A stretch of DNA of 64,000 nt from Octopus sinensis (Eukaryota), in contig NC_043015.1 of NCBI RefSeq assembly GCF_006345805.1, positions 8,804,001-8,868,000 of the forward strand, read 5' to 3'. Below the pieces are notes generated by a model. The model saw only the letters and a list, made by a program, of their open reading frames with translations, searched no databases and was not told the origin of the DNA. The translations under genes and the position numbers were made by a program. Shown here one piece after another: positions 25,041 to 39,600 of the stretch (positions are counted from its first letter, which is position 1; each line of letters starts with the position of its first letter).

Positions 25041-25395
25041 CCACGAATTTTCCTACGACTGCAATGTCTGCTGGCTACTGTCTCTGCCCAGGCGCTTCTT
25101 AAGTACCGAAAAAAGGAATTTACCAAGAAACCATTGGTGTTTTGGTACTGCCAACGGCTAGACGGGAGTAGCAGCTCATTTACCTACGGTAAGTCTCGGA
25201 CACAGATCATGAGTCCATAAATCTGCTGGAAAAGACGTTTTCATGAGGTTAAAATGTGATAGCAGACCTATTAAAAACGTCAAATAAATTCTACTAAAAA
25301 CATACACACATACGCACAAACAGACACAGGCACACACACACAAACACACACACATACACACACATATATACACGTAAGTAACTACAATTTTTTGT

Positions 25396-25851
25396 TTTCT
25401 CTTTAAGAACATTAATAACTTATAAGTGATAAAGGTTAATAGGTAAATATATCAAAATAAGAGAACACAAGGATAAGAAATTATCGAGAATAGTAAAGAA
25501 ATATGTAGAACTAGAGCTGTGCTCTGTGGAAACTTATGAAATTTTAATTACCGGGACAAGAATAACCTGGTTAATAATAGATTAGACATAAGGGTGTCAT
25601 GCGTACATAGTGTCAACCTTACGTTTAAATATTTTCTAAATTATCGTTTACTGGTACTACACTGAACTTGGGAGAAAATAATTTTAGTTAGGTATATGAT
25701 GTGAACTTACCTGCTAGTATTATATGTAAGTTATATATATTTTCTTATTGTTCTCTATAATTTTTTCTTATTATTATTGTGTTCTCTTATTTTGATATCT
25801 TTACCTACTAACCTTTATCCCTTATAAGGTATTAATGTTCTTAAAGAGAAA
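25396..25851 (+). mobile_element. Penelope-like 3' end fragment bracketed by ~74-bp inverted repeats
   Basis: 25396-25469 is the reverse complement of 25778-25851 with few mismatches. The interior encodes, across a frameshift, LC.ETYEIL/NYRDKNNLVNNRLDIRVSCVH, resembling the C-terminus of GIY-YIG Penelope ORFs. Confidence 0.7.
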
Positions 25852-26450
25852 TAAAAACTTTCAAGTTACTCAGGTCTAGAAGAGTTGATTATAACATAAC
25901 CATAATAAAGTACAAATATTTGTGCATATTTGCAAGTGTACACATAGATAAATATGTGTATGTATCTGTCTACAACATATTTTTCCGATTTTTTCTGATC
26001 CTTAGCTTATAATTAATATCAAGAGAGCTTGATTTATCGCGCCAGTATTCTATAAGTAAATACACAGAGCAATAAAAAAACACCTAAGTAAATAATTAAG
26101 TGCAGGAATGAATATTAAACTAATTCTATGCAATTATCATTTTCTAATGTTGAAAATTGGTATATATACATGATTTATCTATTCTGGGTATAACATCATT
26201 TTTAGTAATCTTAAATTCCATCTTCATACGACATAACAATATTATTTATATACATCATCCGTCGTACCTTATGGTAATCTCCTCCGTATTAACATAATAG
26301 CTTTTACTAGCGTCTTGCCACTTTAAGTAGTAATGAACATCTTGACAGAGGGTTTCCACTACCCAGCCTCCTTCATAGAGAGTTACTTATAGGTTTTCTA
26401 GATCTAGGCAATACTTATGACCATACACCAATATTCACTCTAAATTTACA

Positions 26451-26495
<45 letters not shown>

Positions 26496-26798
26496 ATATA
26501 TATGTATTTATGTATATTCATATATACTCACGTATATAAATACAAAGCCTTATGAATATAGATACACATATACATATATACATGCAGGTATATGTATATG
26601 ACTTTCAGTGCGTGTTTGTTTGTGCAAGTTAGTGTGTGTGTATGTGCGTTCATGTATATACAAGGAACTTTATATTATATAATCCGAAAATATCTCATAA
26701 ACTATCTTACCTATCTTACATAATTTTGAACATTGCTTTATTTCTCCACATTCACTTTATTCATTCATTCATCCATTTATCTATAGTAGTTTCACCTA

Positions 26799-26945
<147 letters not shown>

Positions 26946-28784
26946 CGCAGGTTCTGGAAAGATCAATACGAAAGCATCTTTTTCATTAAATTGTAAACTA
27001 TTTCTCTTATTCAGAAATATACAGAACGGCTAAATCTACTAGAACTTGAAACCAACGAATATTTTTTTTCTTTCATTTTTCAAGACGTACGCAAATATTT
27101 TACTCAGAATATCTATAAATGGAACATTTAAAAAGAACGATAAATACAAAGGCATGAATTTATTGTGGTGCAAATATGTGTTTCAGCCAATTGTTTTTGT
27201 CTAAAAAGGCTAAACTTCGAATTTATAACTCAAATATTGACTGCAATATAAAAAGAAAAAACAGCTCTAAAACAAATACGCATTACCCACTCTCTTTCAT
27301 CTTCCTCCCTCCTCTCTCGCTCTCTGTCTTCTCTCCCGTGTTTCTCTTCAAAGAAACCCACGTATGGTATAGATACATATATACAAATATATGCGTGCGT
27401 ATATTTACATGTAACTGCTGCAAATATACGGCCTGAACTGACCCATGATACTAATACTTGCAACATCAATGGGTTTCTTTTTTTAAAATCGTTGCCGTGA
27501 CTCAAATGTCACATTATACATTGGCATTATGACTGACAATGTAAAAGCAGGTTGTCGGATCCTTATGTGTCGAAACCGGTAGATTATATATCAATATGTC
27601 GAAACCGGTAGACTAGATATGAATAGTATGTGGGGGCTGCTTGTGTAAAAAGAACCTATCTGTGTAGGGAAAGAATTAAAGATGACAGCACGGCATAAGA
27701 ATAGTCAATATATCACCATCAATCTCAAATAATATTCTTACAATATTTACAACCAGACAATGAAGGCTAATAAATGGTCTAAAACTGTAACGTTGGCCTA
27801 ATCTTTTTCTCGCTTGATAAATGCATGTTACATATTTCAGTCTAGAATAAATCCTTGCATCCCAAATCTAAGTTAGTAAATATCCCATCATACACACATA
27901 TAATATATTCTTATTCCAAAGTAATAATGTATTTTGTTTCCGTAATATATCTAAACCTTTTACACAGAATTTACTGATAATTTCCTAGACAAGTTTTGGC
28001 ATCTCTGTGGGAGAAACTTTAAAATAAGAATAACGTATATAAATATGTCAGCAATACTCACCGAAACTCGTTTACAATCTGAGAAAATGTAGAAAAGGAA
28101 AGGATATCGAAGCTAATGTCTATTCTTAAAAGATGAAGGTGCATCTTCAACATATCAGTCTCAAGAAATAATAGAATAGACTTCAATTGTTACAATTCCT
28201 ACTGACACATTTATAAGGAACGAAAGTGTATTATTTGCAGTCCTAGACGAATGGCAACCATTTCTACTTGCTTTTAGTTCAACACCACACTCCACGCGTT
28301 CGTGAAATTTAGTACCAAATATTGTAAAAATACTAAAATAACGTTTAGAGGGAAAATGGATGTGTATAGAAACCTGTAGGCAAATGCCTTCAGGAAAGCA
28401 ATGTATACCACGGACATATCTACCTACAAATTCTTTACAATATATTTTTGTTGTTGATCGGGCTTGTTTACAGTCTGCCGGAGAAAATTTATCGTGTGTA
28501 ATTGACGTTAATTTTTCCACGGTGAACATACTATTTTGGCATTAATATATCGATTTTATCTTCCATTATATATTTTGCTGATAGCATATAATAGTTTTCA
28601 AGCTGTAACAATTTGATTCAGAAGTTCTTCGTTGTATGAAGATACACAAATACCTAATACATTTGGTAAGAAAGTGATAACAGACGTTTGTTTCTTAACG
28701 ATAGAATGCTCAAATCCACAATGGCGTAAACTTGAGTATGAATCTACATCGTAACATTTGTTTTGCAAATATGTAAAATTGTTA

Positions 28785-28990
28785 AGACAGCAAGCTAGCA
28801 GAAACTATAGCACGCCAGGCGAAATGCTTAACAGTATTTCGTCTCTCTTCATGTTCTGAGTTCAAATTCCGAGCAGGTCGATTTGGTCTTTCATGGTTCC
28901 GGGGTCAATAAATTAAGTACCAGTTGCGCATTGGGGCCGATCTAATCGATCCCCCAAAATTTCGGGCTTTGTACCTAGAGTAGACAAGAA
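28785..28990 (+). mobile_element. OK-type SINE, diverged, with an alternative tail
   Basis: Head GCAAGCTAGCAGAAAC, B-box GAGTTCAAATTCC and body GGGGTCAATAAATTAAGTACCAG. Confidence 0.8.
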
Positions 28991-30061
28991 GTACGTACAG
29001 ATGTTAATATATTTCCTGAATTGTTGTTTCCCGTTGATATTTCTTTTCATCCCGAGTCGAACGGGATTACGGAGTGTTTTGACGACAGGCATGCTAAACC
29101 TTTCGTTTATATCTGACAATGTGCTACAATATGTAGTTTCCTTTTCGCAAAAGTGAATTGGTGAAGTTGACGTGGATTACTTGGATTTCTGTAAATCTCT
29201 GTCTCTGCTGAGAACAAGAAGTTCAATCTAAATCAAGATGATATTGTATTCCTAAGTAGTCACAAGTGTGCCTTCATATATTTGTTATATTTTCTAATTA
29301 ACATTACGTTTTGTCACGAAAGGTATTTGTTTAATATATCTTGTTTGTGTAATTAATGACACCCATACATTCTTAACAAGATTAATTTTTAAGTCCTTAG
29401 TACACAAATGCATCTTGCAGCAATATTGCACTTTTAACACTATAGGAACTCTGAAAAAAGTTATACGCAAGCTCTATAATTATGTTTGTCTTGAAATAGT
29501 TGATCTAAATGATTGTTGTTTTAACATTGGTATTATTGGTAAAAGAATCAGGCGGCGAGCTGGCAGACAGGTTAGCACGCCGGGCGAAATGCATAGCCGT
29601 ATTTTAGGATTCATTTAAATTATTTTATTAGTAAATGCCTTAGTTTGCCATATTGGTAATCTGAGATTTTACCCCGAAGAAAATAAACCAAATGTCAGAC
29701 GATATCAGTTTGTGGGCCTTAAATTCCAAATAGTAACAACCGGCGAAGAATATTTTCACAATTAATGTTGTAAGAATAGTCTTGATTAGTAAACACTTGA
29801 GATTCTATTGTCACCATTGAAAATGAATTTACGATTATCACCATGTGCTTTGTATGTAATATTGCATTTTGAAAACATAATGGGAAATTCATCAATTGCA
29901 GAAATTAATTTCTGACGATAGATAACATTAATTGTTTCAATGATGAGAATATAAGAGATATAATGAACCTGTCTGAAATAACTTCTGCAGATGCTACTTT
30001 AAGAATTCTTGAATATCACTACATTTCAGATTCTATAGTGCAGTAATATTCATTTCTAATC

Positions 30062-30682
30062 TAGACACAAGGCCTGAAATTTTAGGAGACTGTGCCAGTT
30101 GATTAGAGCGACCCCAGTACGCAAAAGATATTTAATTTATCGACCCGAAGGAATGAATAGCAAAGTCGACCTCGGCGGAATTTCAACTAAGAACATAAAG
30201 ACAAACGAAGTACCTGTTTCTTTACTACCCACAAGGGGCTAAACACAGAGACGACAAACAAGGAAAGACAAACGGATTAAGTCGATTATATCGACCCCAG
30301 TGCGTAACTAGTACTTATTTAATCGACCCCGAAACGATGAAAAGCGGAGTCGACCTCGGCGAAATTTAAACTTTGAATGTAGCGGCAGACGAAATACCGC
30401 CAACCATTTTGCCCGCCGTGCTACCCATTCTGCCAGCTCGCTGCCGTAAAATACCTATTTCTTTACTACTCACAAGGGGCTAAACACAGAGGGGACAAAC
30501 AGGGACAGGCAAAAGGATTAAGTCGATTATATCAACCCCAGTGCGTAAATGGTACTTATTTAGTCGAGCCCGAAAGGATGAATAGCAAAGTTGACCTCGG
30601 CGGAATTTGAACTGAAAAGGTAACGGCGGACGAAATACCACAACGCATTTCTCCCGGCATACTAAAGTTTCTGTCAGCTCAC
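30062..30682 (-). mobile_element. Three head-to-tail OK-type SINE copies
   Basis: TACCT.TTTCTTTACT..CACAAGGGGCTAAACACAGAG recurs near 30212 and 30452, and a third partial copy spans 30062-30210. Confidence 0.88.
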
Positions 30683-31444
30683 AGCCATATTGTACTTAAA
30701 ATATTGCAACTGAGAATAACAGTTTTAAAATTTAATAAATTTTATTAAAACAAAAATTATAAAAACATTACTCGGTTTTTTTTTTCCAAAATAAGTCCAT
30801 GCGATTTTCAGCCCATGGGCTTATATTCAGAAACTCTTTTTTTTTCAGAAAAAAATATTATTTAAGCAAAATTCTTTAAGTCTTTATTTAAGCCCATAGG
30901 CCTATTTTTGGAAAAGACAGTGCCTTAAAAATGAGATAATTTAAAATAATCTTTTAAAAAATCCAGTAGAATTCTTCTAATTAGTCATCCCTAAGAGAAA
31001 ACTGAAAGTGACGAATTAGGTGAAGTAACGAATTAGGCTAATTCTACTGTATAAATGCTAAGTAATAAATTGTACTAATGATCGTTTTGTCAGAATATAT
31101 TCTTTCAATATGGAAGAACTAACAGAGCATATGGTTAATTTGAATCCATTTAACGATCATTCTATTACAATCAATGATTATATTTATAGGATTTCACTTC
31201 AAGTGAATAAAGAAAATCTTGTGCTACATTATTTACAAGTTCATATTTTATTGTTTGTACTTGATACAATTAAAAACAATGCCTATTAAAATTGTATGTT
31301 TCAAAAGACCTGATATTAAACAAACACTTTGTTTAAGTTCATTTTTTTAATTATTTTTGTACCATGTTTTTACAGATTTACTTACTTTTTAGAATCTCAT
31401 AATAAACAAAATAAATTATCTAAAATTTAACTAATATCTCTTTC

Positions 31445-31860
31445 TCTTTCTCTTTTCTCTTTTACTTGTTTCAGTCATTTGACTGCGGCCATGCTGGAGC
31501 ACCGCCTTCAGTCGAGCAAATCGACCCCGGGACTTATTTTTTGTAAGCCCAGTACTTATTCTATCGGTCTCTTTTGCCGAACCGCTAAGTGACGGGGACG
31601 TAAACACACCAGCATCGGTTGTCAAGCAATGCTAGGGGGACAAACACAGACACACAAACACACACACACACATACATATATATATATACATATATACGAC
31701 AGGCTTCTTTCAGTTTCCGTCTACCAAATCCACTCACAAGGCATTGGTCGGCCCGGGGCTATAGCAGAGGACACTTGCCCAAGATGCCACGCAGTGGGAC
31801 TGAACCCGGAACCATGTGGTTGGTTAGCAAGCTACTTACCACACAGCCACTCCTGCGCCT
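31445..31860 (-). mobile_element. tRNA-headed SINE of a second family (CORE-like central motif, internal CA/TA microsatellite)
   Basis: The minus-strand head reads GGCGCAGGAGTGGCTGTGTGG...GGGTTCAGTCCCACTGCG, then TTGGGCAAGTG. The sequence looks young and intact. Confidence 0.85.
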
Positions 31861-32464
31861 ATATATAATATATTTTAATTTTAAAAATGCTATTCTCGCC
31901 AGCAATATTTTAAGTACAATAGAATTTTAATTTTAAGTACATTGTAGTATCCTTTAGAGGTGAAGAAGTAGGCAAATTCTACTGCAGAAATCGTGTTCTG
32001 TACGATTCCAGGTGTAATAACTTCAAAATATTAACATGCATGCGCTCGCATTCTGCATTGCAATCCACTTTTTTTTTTCAGGCAATGCGTTACTATTAAT
32101 ATGCTTTTGTTAAAAAAATATTTGTGTTACTAATAATAATATGCTTTTGTTAAAAAATATTTGCGTTACTAATAATAATATTCTTTTGGTAAAAATATTT
32201 GAATTATTTTTCCTTGTTGATTATTGAAATAAATAAGAATTTTATACTTCTTTTATTTTCAAATTATTTTTTGAATTTAAAAAAAATAAGAGAAAGTTAC
32301 TTGAACAAAGCTTCCTTCCATTGGCTAATATAGAATTGTTTTAACCCTGCAAAAATAGCCAATGTATCCACCATACGCCACGAGGAACCATCTGCCCTAT
32401 CCGAACAGCTTTCCTAGAAACTTTCACGTCTGCCCATTGAAAGAAAGAAACAGTATCAATATTG

Positions 32465-32681
32465 CTTTCTACTATAACCACAAGGCCTGAATTTTTGTTG
32501 GGGGCGGGGTCTAAGTGGATTACATAGACCCTAGTGTTTCATTGGTACTTAGTTTATCGACCCACAAAGAATGAAAGGCAAAGTCGGCACCAGTGGTATT
32601 TGAACACAGAACGAGAAGACAGGGAAAATACCGCTAAATGTTTCGTCCGGGGTGCTACCCATTCTGCCAACTCGCCGCCTT
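32465..32681 (-). mobile_element. OK-type SINE (alternative-tail subfamily)
   Basis: Ends in CTGCCAACTCGCCGCC (reverse complement of the head) and has body GAATGAAAGGCAAAGTCG. Confidence 0.8.
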
Positions 32682-33284
32682 AGAAACAATTACCATATTG
32701 TATCATTATATTTTGAGGAATAAAATTATTATATATGAAGTTTCAATGTGTTTGCTAAAATTCCGTATTGTAATCAAATTTCCAGAAGGCTGCAATTTCT
32801 ATAAATAAAATATAACACTTATTTTTTAAAATAACCAATGCAACCACAGTATGGCAGGGGGAGATACCTCCTCTTCTTGGAACAAAGTCAATTTGTTAGT
32901 TGAAATACAGGCAAAATAAATATAAAACCTGCAATTTAGCTACAGCTCTTTCCAACATGCCTGAAAATGAAATAAAATCCGAATTCTGCTACTCTGAAAA
33001 TCCAATCATGCTATCTGAAACCTTGTCAATTTACCCAAAGAAATGATGTAAATTCTGCTACTATTTATTTTTCATTAAAGTTTCAAAGCAAACAAATAAC
33101 TTATTAAACCATTCTGATGCTTTGCTTTCGTTTGTTTAATAAAAATTCATTTTCGTATCATGATTTCGTTTCCATTTTGTGATCGACAACTATCAAGCAG
33201 GAAATAACTGCTTCTAAATCTTGTGTTTTGATTAGGTGAAAATGATTAAACTGTAAGCCTCAGCTGCAGTTTACTTCACTATGC

Positions 33285-33341
<57 letters not shown>

Positions 33342-34464
33342 TGTATTATGTATGTGTGTGTTTGTGTGTGTCTGTACCTTGTTTTTGTGTGTATTTAATG
33401 GACAGCAGAAAATAGTCCACTTGTCTTCAATTGTTGTCAACCTCTACTTAAAGTTATGCATTCCTCACACTCACCTTTGTTTCCCTTCATGGGCGTTTCG
33501 AAACCTATTTATGTGTATGTGTATGTGTATGTGAGTGTGTGTGTATTTACGAAAGAATGTATGGAGCGTTGCGTCTATATCCGTAAAATCGATTTCAGGC
33601 GTTCTACTCCTAATTTGGATGTCACATAATTGAAATCTCAACTTTATTGTTCCTAAACCAAATTTTAAATTTTGTAGCTCAAAAATGTAGCGTAGGATCT
33701 GACCAATCTAAAAATGTGTAAACATAATCAAAATTGGTGAAACAAAATCTGATTTAATGACAAATTGTAGAAGCAGTCGTGAGTGAATAAATGTTGACCT
33801 TCAAAATATTATTTATACAGTGCCATGTGTGAATTAGATTTATTTCAAAATATATTTATTACAATATTGTGCATTCTAAGAATATGAGTTAAAGCTTTGC
33901 AACATACCTAAATACTGAACTGAATGAAACATTCTGCAATATTAGTTTTCAGTTTAGGCAGGAGGCCATCAAATCCGGATGGGTGGGAATTTGATTACAA
34001 TGAGCTCAGTGCTTAGCTGATACTCATTTTATCGAATACGGTAAACATAAAAGGCAAAGACGAACTTAGTAGAATTTGAACTGAGAATGCAGAAACAGAC
34101 GATATGACTCGAAGCTTTCACTCTGCGCGTTAACTCTGCCAGTTCGTGGGCTTAGTACTGTAATAAGTAATAATATTACTTGAAAATTGTTTTATGTAAT
34201 ATTGGCTTATTCAGCTTATATAATAACCTCTTCATTTTGAATATTTTGGGGGAAAGATTAGCGCCACTACACTTGTTTTTTCTAATGAGCTACAAAAAAA
34301 CGAAAACCTTTCCTTTGAATTTTCCTTTAGGAGCTACCACAGTTTACGGCACATTTGGTCACAGTTGTTTTATATATTTTACATATATATAATTAGCATC
34401 ATGGGGTTCCTGTAGCCGTGATCTATCAGTTAAATTTAGGTATAGTTTTCTTTTGAAATAAGAA

Positions 34465-35360
34465 TAATATTTAGAGTCAAAATCGACTTCGGGCGTTAAT
34501 CTCATTTCTTTTTCCCCAGTTATTACCTCAGTACTTATTTTCTACTGAATAGTTTTGCACATAACTAACATGAATAGATACCTTTTGTCGATATCTATCA
34601 TATGAGCCAAAATGGAATATATACTTATTAAAAGAAAATTAGACTCAAAGTCGATTTCGGGAATTATTTTCCCGATTGTGACCTCGTCTAATTTGATTAA
34701 AAAATTAGTTAGTGACAATGCCTACAATTAGTTGTGAGTAAGTAAATCTTGACCTTAAGAATATTATTCAAACACAGTAGCGTGTAAACGATATTTTTTG
34801 AAAAGATTAGCACCACGACACTCGCTTTGATGACTTCTATCACATGACATAAAAAAAAGTTTTGAATTTGATTTTAGGTGTTCCATTTGATTTTAAAATG
34901 TTGTTAGAATAATTGGTATAATCAGATTGGAGATCAATCAGAAAAGATGAATTTAAAAATATTTTTATTTTTAAATAAAAATAATTTTTGGAGTCAAATC
35001 GATTTCAGGCGTTAATCTCCTTTTTGTTTCGTCAGCTTTTACCGCAGTACTTTTACGTACTGAATATTTTTGCACATAAGTAGCATGGATATATTCCTGT
35101 GACCGAGGTCTATAATATAACCTAAAATACAATATACATTTCTTGAAAAAATATATTTGGACTGAAAGTAAATTTCAGGCGTTACACTTTGATTTCACAT
35201 ATTTTACTGAAACTTTTTAATCGAAGCAATTTTCAAATTTCGTGTATGAAAATTTTACTTTAGAATGTGACCAATCTAAAAATCTAAACATCATCTCAAT
35301 TGGTTAAAATCTGAGTTAATTATAAAGGCTGACCTTAAGAATTGTATTCATACACTAACT
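34465..35360. repeat. Old, diverged tandem repeat (~515-bp period with ~170-bp sub-periodicity)
   Basis: The motif AGTCAAA(A)TCGA.TTC.GGCGTT recurs near 34475, 34643, 34992 and 35160, with a related copy near 33587. 34465-34650 aligns by eye with 34980-35180. Confidence 0.6.
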
Positions 35361-36648
35361 GGGGTAAACATTCTTAATTGTTTGCAAATATATGCGCATT
35401 AATGCGATTCTTTTCTGTCTTGAATAAACTCCAAATATCTCAGATATTTACGAAAAGAGAAATCGTTTTGGCAAGAGAACATCATTACAACTTTCACTAA
35501 GTGTGTATGAGTAAAATTCAGCTAATAATTCGGCAATACAAAAACAAAAACAAAAATAATTTGATTAAATTTAATTTATAGATCAAATATCAAGCACCAA
35601 TATTTGTTTTAAACATTCCCTACTGATTATTATATTATCAAATATCATCATACGATCACTAAGTGGGATTCATTTTGAATATATGATGTATTTTCTTTCT
35701 TTATTTGGTGGTATATTAAACTATAAAATATCCTCAATGGTATTTGTTTGACAACAGTCCCATCTTAAAACCCGCACGGTTGTTATTTAAATAATTCTGA
35801 GAAAATATACATACATTGTTTGGCTCGAAGTAGAAGAAATTCATAAATATATCAAACAATAGTGATCTGAGCTTAGAACTGTGAGCAGAATGACTTCTGA
35901 AGTAATGTATAACGTACGATTTTTGGAACAAGCGATGGGGATATATACATATGACCATTATTGATTATTAATAAATTTTGATATGCAATTTTATTAGGTG
36001 ATAGTTGAATGATGCTTTCTAATATATTGCAAGAATAATATCCTACATTTATTGATAAATACTTTAATTAAACATCATGGACTAACCATCTTTGATTAAT
36101 GTGTTCTAATGCACAAGAAATATATATTCTGAAAATCTAGGATTTCAAAGGATACCAAATTAGAATTTCCATTTGGCATTATTTTATATATTAAAGGAAA
36201 TGTATAAGGCATCCTATTCATAGAATTTGTAAAAGTAAAATATACGCTCTATTGTACTATTCTAATAACACTGCGGTAGGAGGAATGAGAATAAACCATG
36301 ATACGATATCCATTACTAATATGATCAAGAAGCGAACATTGAGGATATGATAATTACATACATTCAGGAATTTGATATATATATAAAATGTATATTATGT
36401 ATGCATGCATGTATATATGTATATATTTGTGCGTCTATGTTTGTCTGCCAACATAGATTTTGACAACCGATGTTGGCGTATGGATGGCCCCTGTAACTTA
36501 GCTGTTCCGCAAAAGAAACCGATAGAAAAAGTACTAGCGTAATAAAGAAAATCACTTCGGCTCGATTTCTTTTACTAAAGATGGTGCTCTAGCACGGTCG
36601 AAGTCAAATTACTGAAATAGAAGAATAAAAGAATTATGTATATATTTT

Positions 36649-36692
<44 letters not shown>

Positions 36693-39600
36693 AATGAGAG
36701 AGAGAGAGGCAGACAGAAAGACAGACACACAAATAGATAGGTAGATAGATAGATATATAGATAGTTATTACTGGAAACATAATTTAATAATTTATTTAAA
36801 GAGAAATGAAATCGGTTACCATTAACAACATAGGAATAAAATGAATTTTAATGAAATAAAACTGACGATGCCATACTGATTAACGTATTGTTATATATTT
36901 AAAGAAAACATTGTAGCAAGTAATTCTATTCCCGTGTACGTTGTTGAGGAAATATATATGCAACATCAAATAAAGAAAAATCCTGGCTACTGCAAACTTT
37001 AATATATACATAAACCTGTTGATGCTGGCAGGGGAAATATAAATATTTCTATCAATTTGTTATAAAGTTGTCATCTATAATATTTATCCTAATAAAAAAC
37101 ATACGCGTCGAAATTTTGTACTCGGTGATTATGATAAAATTATTGAAGCCGTGCTACTCTTCTATATTACATACACATGTAAACACAGTAGTAATCTCGG
37201 TAAATGTAGAGCATGATTGCACATCCAAGCATATAGAAAATAAAACATCATGTTTCATTCTAAACAGTATTTGTAGAATTTAAAAAAAGTTACACAGCGG
37301 AACAGTAAAGATTCATTGCTGAAATATATTAGTTCATCTTTGGTAGAGAAAATATGGTCGAAAGACAGTTACACAATCATAGAACAACGTATGCTCGAAT
37401 TTAAATAAACACACACACACACACACATACGCACACACACACATACGCACACACACACACGCACACATATCCATCATAATCCTTATATGCACACTTTCAT
37501 CGGTAGCTCTTTACGCAACACTTCTAGCGTGGCTGCAAAACAGGTTTTAAGCAATAGAGGTCACAGGGACCATTACACTAACAAAGAAGTTCCAATTTAA
37601 AGTTTGCAGATCAGATTGTGTCTCACGCTTCATAATAGGGAACACTGAACAATTTTTAAAATAAATATAATTTTTTTAACTATCTGTGTGAGGTGTCACG
37701 ACATATCCAGGACTTTCAAGAAAGGACTTTCAATGAAAGTTGTGCTCTTTGGCGATCTTCTGGATTTTCAGTGAAAAGAATACCTCTATTTTCCAGCGTC
37801 AACGCCCCATATACTGCATGAAAATCTGAGAACATCGTCTATGTTGACGTCTCATTACGTAGGGCTGTGCTTTAATATCACTCTTTTACTAATACATCTA
37901 TGCAACGGTTAATGTTTTTTTTTCCTAAAACCGATATAACTTTCGGCTTAAAAACTGAACATGATGTAGATTGAGGTTTTCCATCAGCCAACATCTAGAC
38001 ACCCAATACAGGGTCAAATGGTCAAGGTAATTATCACCTTTCTAAACGTTGTGACAAAATTCTGAATCCAGGGTTAATTGGAAGATGATATAATCAACGA
38101 TTATGTAAAAAAATCAAATCTCGATAGATATCGACCCGGAGTTGAAGAAATCATCAACTAGGCCATAAAGATCAAAAAGCCATACGCAGCGGTGAATATC
38201 TCTCTGTGAAATAGCTATATAGAGGGTGGTACAATATAAATGGATTAGTGTCATTTCACTTCCGCTGACATGTCAGAGGGCAGGACGAGCCCCATCCAAA
38301 ACCAACAAAAGGGGATGTATTTTTAGCTGCAAAAAATCTCGTTAACAAGAAGCAGGTGGCCATGTGGTATGCATAGAAGACACTCACTTACCTAAAGCAT
38401 TCTATTTTTATATAGGACCTGGTGCCAAACACTAAGGCCGTTAGCACACCACTCGTTCTAAGGAACCTCTCCAACCAGTTTGTAAAAATATTCGTTTAAG
38501 CATGGTAACATGGAAATAGGAAGCAATTTCAACATATGAAACAACTAGGATCAACATTTCTAAGAACAGAGACGCTAATAAAACCCCAAACGACGAAGAA
38601 CAATACATTCAGGTCTGCAATCGAATCTGAAAATCTGAAAATCCCAGATGGGTTTAAATTCACTCATGAGGCGACACAACAAACCATTGAATTAAAAATA
38701 ATATGCAGGTGTATCTTGCATATCTTTCGACGCGTATCTTATTCGTCGAAGCATCATGAGTGTCCAGCTTATATCATTAAACATATAATCACACCACACT
38801 GAATCAAGAAGCATAAGCTAAAAGTTCCAATAATATGAAACTACAAAACATACGCGGCATGAAAAAAACACACTATAAAACTACCTTTAACCCTACAATA
38901 AACTATACTTAATATACAGATATGTTATAGGTAAAACACTCTGGAAAACATAAACATCATAACATATACTGTAATTACGCTGCAAATTAAAAGAAAACTA
39001 TGTACTAAATATAAACGAAAGGAGGAAATTTACTAAAATATATTCAGTTCTACATAGTTAAGCATGTCCAAAATCTGTTTACAAAGACTACAGCAGTAAA
39101 ACCTCTGGGAAATCGTAAATATTACAAAATGTCTTTAGTCTGTCACTGAAAAATAAGTTTTAATAGTAGATTCTACATTTCATCTGATAAAGTGACAGAT
39201 AATTTCCGTTTCACTTTAGAAGCTAGTTCTTCAAGGAAGGGGCAACATTACTGGTAGAAATGTATTAATTTCTTGGTTTCATTTTCTTTAGGCATACACA
39301 TATATATATGCATGCGTGAGTGGATGTGTGCGCATGTGTGTGTGTGCGTGTATGCGTGCGTGCGTGTGCACGATTTTGTTATACAGTGGAGGCATGTGGC
39401 TGAATAGTTAGGGCGTTGCAATAGAGAACGCAATATTTTGGTTTCGATTCTTGGTTCGAGTTATACGTTATATCGTTAAGCAAAATACACACTATATTTC
39501 ACGCTTCTCCACCCCACTCAGCTGACAAGACTGAGTATTCCTGCGATGGCACAGCGGCCCGTGCAATAGAGTGATATTATATATGCCATAGGTGACCGAT

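Noticed and set aside
37760-39130. Possible second ORF1-like LINE remnant
   Set aside because: Composition resembles LINE 5' regions, but I could not recover a convincing knuckle or other motif.
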